DNA of 63,534 nt, counting the filler, from Octopus bimaculoides (taxonomy: Eukaryota): NCBI RefSeq assembly GCF_001194135.2. It is 7 parts of 6 records of this genome, joined end to end, with 100 filler letters (N's around TTAATTAATTAA, not from the genome) between each part and the next. Parts side by side here need not be neighbours in the genome. Positions count along the whole stretch, not along the records: positions 11,687 to 26,408 come from NC_069006.1; positions 26,509 to 40,048 come from NC_069000.1; 5 more parts are not named here. One strand, given 5' to 3'. The position numbers and the translations under genes are program-made. This document shows, piece after piece, positions 25,205 through 37,559 of the stretch; the first letter of the stretch is position 1; the number at the start of each line of letters is the position of its first letter. The notes under the pieces are model-generated. The model saw nothing but the letters and a program-made list of their open reading frames with translations. It was not told where the DNA came from and made no database searches.

Positions 25205-25694
25205 GTACAGGCATATCTATATATACATAAATATATATCTGTACAGGCATATCTATATATACATGTAGGTATATGTATACTTTATACACACATATTCATA
25301 TGTACGTATATGTGTGTTTTGCGCGCGGGCGCGTATATACACTCACCTATATATAAGCCTATATATGTGTATTTCTTCACTTATATTCATATATACGTGT
25401 ATGTATAGATGTATACATATGTATATCTATCTATCTATCTATNNNNNNNNNNATATCTGTACAGGCATATCTATATATACATGTAGGTATATGTATACTT
25501 TATACACACATATTCATATGTACGTATATGTGTGTTTTGCGCGCGGGCGCGTATATACACTCACCTATATATAAGCCTATATATGTGTATTTCTTCACTT
25601 ATATTCATATATACGTGTATGTATAGATGTATACATATGTATATCTATCTATCTATCTATCTATCTATATATATATATATAATGTATTTGTATG

Positions 25695-25725
<31 letters not shown>

Positions 25726-26508
25726 GTATGTATGTATGTATATATGTATATACATATATATATACACAACCATTAATTTGTTTCTACCTGTCTTAAATCG
25801 CCTCCAATTAATCTCACTTATCTATTAGCTATCGAACCTATCCAACCTTGAATACATCAGCTATTTATTCCAAACTAAAACCAAAAAGACCTATCCAACC
25901 CACCCGTGCCCATCCACTTACAACTCATTACCATTACATACCATTCAACATAACAGCACGAACCAACCTATCTATTTATCTATCAACCTACCAAGATAAG
26001 TCCAGTCTAATTACTTACCGCCATTCTCCGTTATCAAACATCTACCGGCACTTCTAGTCACGTGGCAATCACACGTCACACGTTCAGCTTCGCAGTAATC
26101 TAACTCATCCTTCCTATAGTGTAATCAGTGATCAATCTTCATCTTGGCTGTTCGATCATCGGGAATTAAATAGTTTGTTGTCATCACCGCCTTCCTCTCT
26201 CCCTTTCCTTTCCTTGCTCCCCTTTATTCTACATCTGCTTGACTTACTGTCTTATGTCTGTATCTTTCTCTCTTTCTCTTCTCAAATACACACACGCACA
26301 CATGTGCACACACACACACACACGCACACACACACAAATACATATATGTATACATACATACATGCATACATACATATATACATAAATATATATATATATA
26401 TATATATANNNNNNNNNNNNNNNNNNNNNNNNNNNNNNNNNNNNNNNNNNNNTTAATTAATTAANNNNNNNNNNNNNNNNNNNNNNNNNNNNNNNNNNNN
26501 NNNNNNNN

Positions 26509-26547
<39 letters not shown>

Positions 26548-26574
26548 ATATTTATATATAAATATATATAGTTT

Positions 26575-26710
26575 CCCCCTACGGAATCCATTTGCAAGGC
26601 TTGGTCAGCCTGTGGCTATAGTAGAAAAAATTTGCCGAAGGTGCCACGCAGTACAATTGAATCCAAAACCATGTGATTGAGAAGAAAGCTCCTTACCACA
26701 CAGTCACACC
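26575..26710 (-). mobile_element. SINE family A head/body
   Basis: gtagaaaaaatttgccgaaggtgccacgcagt...ttgaatcc...aagctccttaccacacagtc. Confidence 0.8.
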
Positions 26711-27250
26711 TGCGTCTATATAAGTAAGTATAAAAATGATTAAAATCTTCAAGGAAATAAAGTAGAAAAAGTACTAAGTCGATGACAAGGAAGCCACGTA
26801 TGTGGCTAAGATTGAACAAAGCAGAAACATATTAAGAAAATCCGTAACTCTGTCACTGAACTGGATGTCTGAAAGCTGAGAGAGAAGGATTTCAATTGCG
26901 GTGTGAGAACCACAATCCCTGGCCAGAAAATTTCAAAAACTTGCATTGAAACGGAATACAAAAGTCGTATGCGAAATTTATGCAAGTTGTGAATAATCAC
27001 TCAATGGAATCGCTTTTGGCTGCCTATTCTTTGTCAAAGCGAATGTGTATCCAGATATGACAGGGTTGAAATTTTCACACTGTGGGAAATTATGTCAGTA
27101 TTCTGAAATACGTATAGAGAAGAGATGTTAGTCACCCGCGAGAATATGTATCAGTAAACGTCAAAGCGACCATTATTTGAGATGCGACAACACCATGCAG
27201 ACAAGAAAGACTAAAATCATCGAATTCTTCCAGTCTTTCCCAGAGTTTAA

Positions 27251-27295
<45 letters not shown>

Positions 27296-27344
27296 ATTTT
27301 ATGCATTTTATGTAAATAATAATAATAACAATAATAGTAATCCT

Positions 27345-27545
27345 GTCTACCGGAAGCACAAGGCCTCAAATTTGGGATTAAGTCGATTACATCGACCCCA
27401 ATGGATAATTGGTACTTAATTTATCGACCTCGGAAGGATGAAAGGTAAAGTCGTCCCCAGAGCATTTGAACTCAGAACGTGATGACAGACGAAATACCAC
27501 TAAGCATTTCGGCCGGCATACAAACGACTCTACCAGCTCGCCGTC
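27345..27545 (-). mobile_element. SINE family B
   Basis: agtcgattacatcgacccc...ggtacttaatttatcgacc...gacgaaataccactaagcatttc...ccagctcgccg. Confidence 0.85.
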
Positions 27546-27546
<1 letters not shown>

Positions 27547-27608
<62 letters not shown>

Positions 27609-27656
27609 GTAATAATAATAGTAATAATAATAATAATAATAATGATGATGATGATG

Positions 27657-27693
<37 letters not shown>

Positions 27694-27772
27694 CGATGAT
27701 GATGATGACGATGATGATGATGATGAAGATGATGATGATGACGATGATGATGATGATGAAGATGATCATGGT
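27547..27772. repeat. Compound microsatellite (TAA)n-(GAT)n
   Basis: Directly visible; gives the poly-N/D, poly-M, poly-Y/H and poly-I ORFs. Confidence 0.95.
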
Positions 27773-28431
27773 GATCATTATTTTCTTTGTTTCGAAAAAA
27801 AACAAAAATAAAATAAAATATAGAAAAACAAGAACATTCTATTTTAAACGTAATATGTCCATGAAAACAGGCTGTCACAAGTAATGATTCCATTACATTA
27901 TTTTTCAACAAACACTTATAATTTTATAATTATTTCCATAACATAATGATTCGCAATGTATAACGTTTCATTGTTTTGCTATATCTATAAGCAACAACAA
28001 AAGAAATAAAGGTTATTCTTGTGCGGAATTGTTAAAAGCTTCCAACTTGAGTTAACTTCAATTACTTCAGATGTAAATTGGAAACGTATTACACACACAC
28101 ACACAAACACACACATACACACAAACACACACACGTACGCGCACACATAAACATCGGCATATACGTACAGACACACAGAGACATATGTACATATACATTT
28201 ATATATACTATTATGATTATATACGTCTGTATGTTTATCCATATATGTACTGTATGTGTATGCGTATATATTACATGTATACTTCTGCTAGTATAAAAAT
28301 ATAAGTATAGAAATATATATAAATAAAATGGACATGTATGATTGTGTGTGTATATATGCGCGTATATGTGTGTTTTTATGTATATATATATGCATATATA
28401 TACATACATATATATACACACATATTCTCAC

Positions 28432-28466
<35 letters not shown>

Positions 28467-28630
28467 ATATGTATTATGTGTGTGTGTCTCTCTCTCTGTA
28501 TGTGTATATATGAATGTATATACATGCATGTATATGTATACGCATACATTTATTCATATATTTATATACACTACATATGTCTACTGATATATACATATAT
28601 ATACATATAGTTATATACACTACAAGCCTA

Positions 28631-28689
<59 letters not shown>

Positions 28690-28954
28690 ATGTATGTATG
28701 TATGTATATTCATACATATACACTTATACACATGCAAGCACTCACACATATAATGCCTGTCAAATATAATGAAACTATATTAATGTTTCAAATCATCTCG
28801 AAAACTCCACTTCTCTGAAAAAGAAAATGTCCACTTTTAATTGAATGCGTTATTATCTAAGGCAATCTGATTTTAACTTTACATAGTTTGTGCTCGTTTC
28901 TGTTGACCAGGCACATACTCTCAGAAAATGTAAGTGCATCGACAGGTAGTGATA

Positions 28955-29170
28955 AGGCGGTGAGCTGGCAGAATCGTTAGCACGCCGGGCGAAATGCTTA
29001 GCGATGTTTCGTCTGCCGCTACGTTCTGAGTTCAAATTCCGCCGAGGTCGATTTTGCCTTTCATCCTTTCGGGGTGGATGATATAAGTACCAGTGAAGTG
29101 CTGGGGTTGATGTAATGGTCTAGTCCCCTCCCCAAAATTTCAGCCCTTATGCCTAGAGTGGTAAGGTTAT
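28955..29170 (+). mobile_element. SINE family B, full length
   Basis: aggcggtgagctggcagaatcgttagcacgccgggcgaaatgcttagc...gttctgagttcaaattccgccgaggtcg...gcctttcatcctttcgggg...taagtaccagtg...cccttatgcctagagt. Confidence 0.92.
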
Positions 29171-29179
29171 TATAAGCAT

Positions 29180-29280
29180 GATTTTAGGTCAAGTCCCACT
29201 GCATGGCACCTTGCGCATGTGTCTTCTATACTTTTGGCCGATTAAATGCTTGTGAATGAATTTGGTACATGGAAACCGAC
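29180..29280 (+). mobile_element. SINE family A fragment
   Basis: gtcccactgcatggcaccttgcgcatgtgtcttctatac. Confidence 0.65.
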
Positions 29281-29324
29281 ATACATACATACATATATAC
29301 ATAACATGCATAAATGCATGCGCA

Positions 29325-29525
29325 CATACATTCTCATTTGTACCCACCATCATTGGAGCATTAGGTTATGTACCAACAAGTTTGCACAAAAACCTTGGAA
29401 TACTCGGTGTCACGAAGAAAGAGCAAAAGAATCTGACACAGATTCTCCAACTCAAAACTATTAGTGGCACAGTGAGGATTTGTAAGATACTCCCAAAATT
29501 CTTCATCCGAAAGTCATATGTGAAT
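29325..29525 (+). mobile_element. RLE-type LINE C-terminal fragment (different family from the 18.7-kb copies)
   Basis: FVPTIIGALGYVPTSLHKNLGILG...LQLKTISGTVRICK. A 32-bp piece recurs at about 31424-31455. Confidence 0.7.
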
Positions 29526-29806
29526 AGATGCACACACTTGGGTGGATGCAGCGACAGTTCAACCAACACACCAAATCAACCACCTATTTACAAACACTAG
29601 GAACTCTCTTTACCCCCAAAAGCTTTGTCTCTAATTTGGCGCCCTGTTTGAACTCTCTCAAGAAGAACTTAAATAAAACTCAAAGGTAAAACATGCATAC
29701 ATATGTACACGTATGGTTGTGTGTGTAAGTGAGTGAGTGTGACTGTTTGGCTTTGTGTCGACAACAATTGTTAACTTGTCTACATAAAAGAAGAACCTTT
29801 TGACAG

Positions 29807-30109
29807 AACAATCAAAGACTGCTCATAAGATTAAAACCCACACCTCCTCTAAACATGACAAGCGTTTTGCCACTGGACCAAAGCAAACCTTCCATTCCAC
29901 ATTTAAAATCAAGATCATTCATGTATGCAGGTAATGTGGATTTGACTTCCACGGACACCCTTTGCCTTTTTCTATCCAAAAGGTGTATTATTTATACGCT
30001 ATTACTTATAGCTTTATCTGCTTCCAGATGCACCGTTCAAGAAAATATTATTTCATATTCTCTCAATTTTATGAATTCTTATGACGTTAACAGTATTCAA
30101 TTGTCGCTG
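29807..30109 (+). other. Candidate exon pair (29807-29930 and 30028-30109) of an unidentified transcript
   Basis: Junctions ttttgacag|aac ... gcag|gtaatg and tttatctgcttccag|atg ... gctg|gtaaga. The phases are compatible with one open frame across a 97-nt intron. No protein similarity recognised. Confidence 0.25.
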
Positions 30110-30319
30110 GTAAGAAATACGTTTCTGGCATGAATAATAAATTCAAAGTGCAATGTTACAACACTTGTCATGTTTAAAGGATATATGGGTTCGATATATG
30201 GATCTCGATACATGCATATAAAAATCATAAATATATAAGCGACAGAGAGGGAGACAGAATGAGTACTCTTATTTGCTTCAAGGTAAGTAATATGCGAAAA
30301 TGAGATAACATATTGGTTT

Positions 30320-30480
30320 CAAATTTTGGCACAAGGCCAGCAGTTCCTGGGAAAAAGACTAGTGGAGTATATCGACCCCCAGCTCTCAACTGGTATTTAT
30401 TTTATCGATCTTGAAAGGGTGAAAGGCAAAGTCGACATCGGCGGCATTTTTTCCGATGTGCTAACGATTCTGCCACTTAA
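30320..30480 (-). mobile_element. SINE family B, internally deleted
   Basis: ttggcacaaggccag...atcgacccc...gaaaggcaaagtcgac...gctaacgattctgcca. Confidence 0.8.
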
Positions 30481-31673
30481 AAAAATGAGATAGCATATTA
30501 TTTGTAAATTATTTGAGTAAATGGAGAGACAGGTTAATCGATGTATGTAAGTTGGAATCAGCAAATAGAAAATAGGGGAAAAAATAGTATTATCTTACGT
30601 ATTTTGTTTAATAATTTTATATTTAGGGATAAATCCTCTCTTACCAGTCTGGAGGAAAACAATAGGCAAATAGTCCGAAAAGAATTTTTGTTATCGGCAA
30701 GATAACTCAGACCAAACAATAACCTTTATAAGGTAACGATCATATCTTTATCATGGTCTTTCATTCATTGACATCACCGTACATATTTTGAACAATTCAT
30801 CTCACGCAATGCTCAAACGTTTTAAAAACTTTTATCTCTTACATTAGGACAACACAAAAGCAAGGTAGATACTTCGCAAGAGAACAATATGGATATCAAA
30901 CAGTAGATGAGACAGAGGTAGGGGAGATATCGACACACACGAAGTAAGAGACACATATCTAAGGGAGGGTGAAATATAAATTGGAAAGTAGAAAGATATA
31001 GCTACGCAGTGACAGTGGCGGGTGTGATGGTTGTATAACGGTTGTTTATTTACATTTTTACAACTTTCTTCTTTTAATAGCTGAACTGGTTTGAATAACA
31101 CTCGCTGTTTAATAATAATTCCTCAAACAAAACCTCTTCATATAATAGAAGCGTTATATTTGTTGCCAGTGAAGGACAAGCAAGAGTTTTTTTCCACAAA
31201 CGAAATCTCATGTGTTTAAAGTTTTGAATTCCGAAGACTTACTAAAACATCTATTGATATCTGTATACGTCTGTCGAAACGAACTAAAGAACATGTTCCA
31301 AAGAGCGAGTTTGTGCCAACTAACTGCCTAAGACTAGTACATAATGGATTTCAATTCTCGACGGAGTGTCGTTCGCTTTTCACCTCCCAAAACAATGCTC
31401 TCTTCTACTTCATTTAGTCTGTTGTACCAACAAGTTTGCACAAAACCTTGGAATATGTTCTGAATTTACAGTTAAAAAAACGGTCTAAATTCTTGCCAGT
31501 TCAAAAGCAAATTTCTTTTGTTAATTAGTTAATTTGTGGACTCTGAACAAAGTTAGACTGATATATTACAGAGGTTGTAACAGTATTACACTCTTTTATC
31601 AACATATTCTAAAGTTATTCCAAGATTTATATATTCATCAATATGAATGACACATATACCCATGAACAATGAC

Positions 31674-31721
<48 letters not shown>

Positions 31722-31724
31722 ATG

Positions 31725-31755
<31 letters not shown>

Positions 31756-32834
31756 GTATATACGTATCACGCCCTGATAAAGGCAGTGACAACTGCTAAA
31801 TTCAGGCTACGAAGCTGAGAATTTGAACTTCCAGAGATAATATCTACATATCGCTCGAGGAAACAGTACTAGCTCTCATAATGCAGGGAAGCGGTTGTAT
31901 AATCAAGTACCTGCACGCCTACAGAATTACGTTGCGTAGAAACAATTGTAGTGATCGAAAAATAAATGTCCAACCGTACTCCTTCAAGTTGATGCCAATT
32001 TTTTTTCAATTATATACATAAATATGTATATACGTCTGAGTGTGTAAGTGTGTGTATATATATACATACATACATANNNNNNNNNNNNNNNNNNNNNNNN
32101 NNNNNNNNNNNNNNNNNNNNNNNNNNNNNNNNNNNNNNNNNNNNNNNNNNNNNNNNNNNNNNNNNNNNNNNNNNNNNNNNNNNNNNNNNNNNNNNNNNNN
32201 NNNNNNNNNNNNNNNNNNNNNNNNNNNNNNNNNNNNNNNNNNNNNNNNNNNNNNNNNNNNNNNNNNNNNNNNNNNNNNNNNNNNNNNNNNNNNNNNNNNN
32301 NNNNNNNNNNNNNNNNNNNNNNNNNNNNNNNNNNNNNNNNNNNNNNNNNNNNNNNNNNNNNNNNNNNNNNNNNNNNNNNNNNNNNNNNNNNNNNNNNNNN
32401 NNNNNNNNNNNNNNNNNNNNNNNNNNNNNNNNNNNNNNNNNNNNNNNNNNNNNNNNNNNNNNNNNNNNNNNNNNNNNNNNNNNNNNNNNNNNNNNNNNNN
32501 NNNNNNNNNNNNNNNNNNNNNNNNNNNNNNNNNNNNNNNNNNNNNNNNNNNNNNNNNNNNNNNNNNNNNNNNNNNNNNNNNNNNNNNNNNNNNNNNNNNN
32601 NNNNNNNNNNNNNNNNNNNNNNNNNNNNNNNNNNNNNNNNNNNNNNNNNNNNNNNNNNNNNNNNNNNNNNNNNNNNNNNNNNNNNNNNNNNNNNNNNNNN
32701 NNNNNNNNNNNNNNNNNNNNNNNNNNNNNNNNNNNNNNNNNNNNNNNNNNNNNNNNNNNNNNNNNNNNNATTTTATTTAGACATGATATAATTAGAACCA
32801 TCTTATTAAATGCGTTGTTTTTGTACATTTACTT

Positions 32835-33043
32835 GTTTGTCATTAGACAGCGGCCATGCTGGACCACTATCTTGAAAGGTTGAGTAGAACAAATCGACCC
32901 CTGTACTTATTTTCATAAAGCCTGATAAAACTTATTCTATCAGTCTCTTTTATCCGAGCCGCTATGTTATGGAGATGTAAGCAAACCAGAACCGGTTGTC
33001 AAGCGGTGGTGCGTGACAAACACATACATGTTTATATCACTAT

Positions 33044-33081
<38 letters not shown>

Positions 33082-33228
33082 GGGGTTATTTTCAGTTTCC
33101 GTCTCCCTAATCATTTAATAACACTTTGGTAGACCTACGGTTCAGTAGAAGACTCATACCCAAAATTCCACACAGTGGGACTGAACCCTGAACCACGGAT
33201 TCAGAAGCAAGCTTCTTACCATATTCAC
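32835..33228 (-). mobile_element. SINE family A, near full length
   Basis: Head atggtaagaagcttgcttc...gggttcagtcccactgtgtgg at the right end, internal (AT)n, and tail complement cggccatgctgga at the left end. Confidence 0.8.
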
Positions 33229-33246
33229 CCTGCAAAAAAACTCCCC

Positions 33247-33327
33247 TAGCAGTGGTGGGATTCGAAACCACGCCTCCAAGAAAGTGATGCCTTAAACCAT
33301 TGCCTTAGACCGCTCGGCCACATTACC
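33247..33327 (-). tRNA. tRNA-Leu(AAG), probably decayed pseudogene
   Basis: GGTAATGTGGCCGAGCGGTCTAAGGCAATGGTTTAAGGCATCACTTTCTTGGAGGCGTGGTTTCGAATCCCACCACTGCTA, 81 nt with a long variable arm and anticodon AAG. It has an acceptor-stem mismatch and several C>T/G>A changes relative to the conserved metazoan sequence as I recall it. A T7 Pol III terminator lies at 33234-33240. Confidence 0.85.
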
Positions 33328-33824
33328 ATTGCTTTATAAGGTGGCAGAGTAAAGTATGATAAAATATATTTTGTAGAGCCTCTTTTGATGCAATATGTGG
33401 CTTTCTTGTCGGTTTTTGAAAATGAAGTGGCTTTCCATGCGAAAGCAAACTGTTAACAATGGCAAATATTTTTAGATTTCGATTACCCATAAGTGTGGAA
33501 CAATATCCTATCTGGTAGCGAAAATAATCTAGCTTGTCAGAAAATATAAGTCCTCTTAAATGTATTTTGTCAATGGTAATACAAAATTTTTAGTTCTACA
33601 ATAATTTCCACTGCTTCCTTTCAGGGAAGTTACTAAATAAACAACAACGATGGTAAGAACATTAAACAACAGGGACACATGTCAGCGCCACTGATTCGAG
33701 TTGGTAACTTGATCTGCCAGAAATAATAGCTATATTTCAATCCAATAAAACGTGTGATTTTGCAAGGAAAAGACACATTGAGTAAAGTAGTCATACACAT
33801 ATGGGACTGAACCTGGAGCCAGGT

Positions 33825-33985
33825 GGGCTGTAAGGTAAGAAGCTTGCTTCCCATCCACATGGTTCCAGGTTCAGTCCCACTGCGTGGCAACTTCGGCGAG
33901 TGTCTTTCACTATAGTCTTTGGCTGAAGAAAGCCTTGTAGGTAGATTTGGTAGACGGAAACTGAAAGAAGCCCTTCGTATATGTG
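33825..33985 (+). mobile_element. SINE family A, 5' half
   Basis: ggtaagaagcttgcttcccatccacatggttccaggttcagtcccactgcgtggc...ggtagacggaaactgaaagaagccc. Confidence 0.9.
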
Positions 33986-34019
33986 TGTGTGTGTGTGTGT
34001 GTGTGTAACCCCACCACCA

Positions 34020-34370
34020 ATACTTGGTTTCAAATTTTGGCACAAAGCCAGCAAAGTTTGGGTAAGAGGATAAGACAATTACAGTTGAACTCAGAACGCT
34101 AAACATTGTGCTAACGATTTTGCTAGATCACCTCCATACCTGTAGGAATAACAATATTTTCTACTGAAGTTACGAAGCCTGAAATGTGTAGGGAAGGGGA
34201 CTAGTCGATTACATCAATCCCAGTGTTTCACTGGTGCTTAATTTATCGACCCCGAATGGATGAAGATCAAAGTGATCCTCGGCAGAATTTGAACTCAGAA
34301 CGTAGTGACGGGCCAAATAACGCTAAGCATTTCATCCAGCGTGCTTATGATTCAGCCAGCTCGCTGCCTT
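34020..34370 (-). mobile_element. SINE family B, one partial plus one full unit
   Basis: ttggcacaaagcc...gaactcagaacg...gctaacgattttgc, then ctagtcgattacatc...gaactcagaacgtagtgacgg...ccagctcgctgcctt. Confidence 0.85.
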
Positions 34371-34892
34371 ACATGGAGGAATAATATTAAAATGATGCTT
34401 GTGGACATTCGATTTTACATAATGTCTACGTAATTTTTTACATTCAAAACTATCATATATTAGCCTGTTAATTAATACGGTGCATATTTTATTAGTTTCT
34501 AAATTAATGAAATTTTATGTAATTTGATTATTATTTTTTTTTTATGCATTAGTAAGACTGATAAAGGAAAACCTGTTATAAATGTTAATATTAATTGATA
34601 CAATTTTTTATATTCTTATTTTTTATAATTTAGTTATTTATTTATTTGTCTGCGAGACAAAATGTCGCTTGGAATTTTAATTTAAAATTGATTATTTTAG
34701 TTGCAAATTTAAATTTCACCTTGCTAATTGCGATAAAAATATCCGATATTGAAGTTACTAGACAACGATACGGTCCCAAGGACTTGTTTTTAAAGTGGGC
34801 ATTGTTAAATCTTAAGAAGAAACTCCTAGAATCTAGAAAAACCAGTGACTTCATTAACGAAGAATATACTCGGCATCTTATTTCTTCTCAAG

Positions 34893-34979
34893 ATTTGAGG
34901 CTTGCTTTTCATATATTTCACTCAAGAAATTCCAACATCCGTTGTCAAAAAAATACACGAAGAGCTGGTTCGCTATTTA
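34893..34979 (+). other. Candidate 87-nt symmetric exon
   Basis: cttatttcttctcaag|att ... ttta|gtaagt; two of three frames open. Confidence 0.25.
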
Positions 34980-37559
34980 GTAAGTTTACTCAGTAATTCA
35001 AAAGGCTCCATTGCTTCAGGACCAATACTGGAGAAATATGCATATCTATATTAGTGACCAGGAAACGAGAACTGAATGGAATGAGTAATATGTTATACGC
35101 TTAGTAAGGCCTAAATAATAGAATTCACAAATCTGATTTTCAACTCACCGATTCTCGAACAATAGTTGAAATGTATAAAAGTCTATTGATAGTAAAAATC
35201 TCAAATTGTTAACCTCATTTTATCTTTCTTGCTTGTGAAATTGTTGTAATTCACAGCTAATTGTTCAATTCTTAATATCAGTTTAACTGAAAATGTTTTA
35301 ACATTTAGATATAAACAGTATATATATGCTTTTAAAAATATTGACATTCTGATACAAAGTTAAGTAACATATTTTGTATTTTATATGTATAATATCTTAA
35401 AGTTCAAAATCATTTACAATACACCAAACGTGTGGCATTATTGGTTGTAATTGTGCTTTTTTTCCAAACCACTGAACCTTTCTATTCTGAATACGTGTTC
35501 AGAGATATTTTGGACTCAATGAATCAATATTGTTGAAATATTCTCACAATGTACTATCAATTTTTGAGGATCTGAATCAAATTCGTCTGTAAACTATTTT
35601 TAAATATTCAATGGTTAAGTGACGAATTTTCATATAATACAATGTTGAACACTTAAAATCAAGGAAAAAACGTTTGCTTTTCTTTTGAAACAAATCATTC
35701 TTTCAATGATTATTTATTTGATATATAAATATATAGCAAAAATGTGTTTCATTTCTATTATTTCTTGAGAATCTGTGATACGAAACAACGCGTTGCAATT
35801 TGTGAATGAATTTTAATACAATACTCCACTTTATTGCAATGAGTCCTTTCTCTCAATAATGCTTACATAATTACTTCATTCCTTTCTTGGCGTTGAATTA
35901 TTAATTTCCTTTGTAAACACAAAGACCAGTTGTATAACAAGTCAAATTGCGTTATAATTCTCAAATAAAAGTATAAATATTCTAACGACGAAACAGTACA
36001 TAAAACCAAACATTTAAAATTCAAATGCAAATTGGATAAAGAATGCAATAAGAAGTTGTCTGTTTTAACAAACATGACCCCTACTTACTTGAGCTTCACA
36101 GATTTGATTTTAAAACCTAGGAAAATTAACACCACCTGAAATCGGGTAAAGGTACATTTCCTATTGGTTTTCAAGTTAATTAAAAAGGTGAAATTTAAAA
36201 TTATTTCTAGAAAATTTAAGAATAGAACTCTAGAATAGAGACACTTCTTTGTATCGCAAACTTAGTTGAAGACAATAATGTAGTTTGAGCAGTCCATGTA
36301 AATTTATAAAATAGCATTTCGGTATTAATTGGCTTATTAGCATTAGTGTAGGAATGTCTATAATATTCACTCCGTTTGATATCATTGGATTTTAAACTTA
36401 GATAAATAAATGTTTGCTCCATAAATCACTAGTTTTCATTCGCTAACAATTATATTCCAATCAGTGATTCTGATATTAAGATAATTATGCATACAAAAAT
36501 ATAATTGATTTCCTTTGAAAACACTACATTAAAAAACAAATTCTCTAATTATTGCCTTGTGGCAAAGAGTAAATTCTATTATTTTAAAAGTGAAACAAAT
36601 AGCTTCCAAACTAGAAATAGATAAATAAATGATTACGTAAAATTCATATTATATTTAAGAAGAAAAATAATTTTATTATTATTTCAACAATAAATCCAAC
36701 AGAAAGAATTAGTTAAAACATCATAAACACGATAATAATTAAACTTAAACAAACAGACGTTTTACTATGATATAATAACATCGTATCTATTAATAATTGG
36801 GTTAATGGCATAAACAAAAGCAATGTTTATGATTTCTTTTACTTACATATCATGGTATTTTTGTCTTTGATATATAAATCTTTATTTCAAAAAGCAATTG
36901 TTTTATGACAATCACTGATTCCATTATCAAGTCTGCAGTAGATGGTCTAAATTTTGCCGAAAGCTGTGTGTTTATGTCTTCACATTTTATGCTTAATGTA
37001 TATATTTATACTTAATACCTTCAAAATTTTCAGTGTGTTTCGTATAGGAATGATGGGTTTATCGTTATACAATGACATGTAATATGTGTGAAACACATTT
37101 GGATTGTTTCAGCAAAATATCATTGGATCATTTAAGGATTTACAACTAAATGCTAAATGCTTCTTTTGATAGGATCTTACATGTTGTTACTTGTTAGATT
37201 TAACGGTACATTTAGAAACCAAATGTTATCCATTCCGTAACCAAAATTAAAGATGACATTATATAATACAGGCTATAAACATAACATAAAGTCTATTAAC
37301 AATAGTTGTTTAGACCTGTTTCTTGTACTGAGTACAGATTCATTTCCCTGCAAATGTAATTGGTCCCCAATACTTTGGAGATTGGTTAAACAATAAAGAC
37401 GAACCAAGAACGAAAATTAATAAAACTCCAAGAAAACTGGAAACACAAACGCCCCCGAAAAACAACAACCTTATTCCAAATAGGAAACTTTATATTAGAA
37501 GGGCCCATCTAATAAAGAATAGTAGAGGTAGTAAGTAGTATAAATAGAAGACTTTTGTC

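Noticed and set aside
25236-25660. About 210-bp direct duplication around a 10-N gap
   Set aside because: Identical sequence on both sides of a minimal gap is the signature of unmerged contig overlap.
27387-27911. Poly-His/Tyr, poly-Asn/Asp and poly-Met ORFs (also 19949-20464)
   Set aside because: Pure (TAA)n/(GAT)n/(CAT)n repeats, open in several frames and on both strands.
36847-36991. Minus-strand coding exon ending in GTAAGT
   Set aside because: On recount, the only long frame hits TGA one codon before the donor, and the acceptor is weak.
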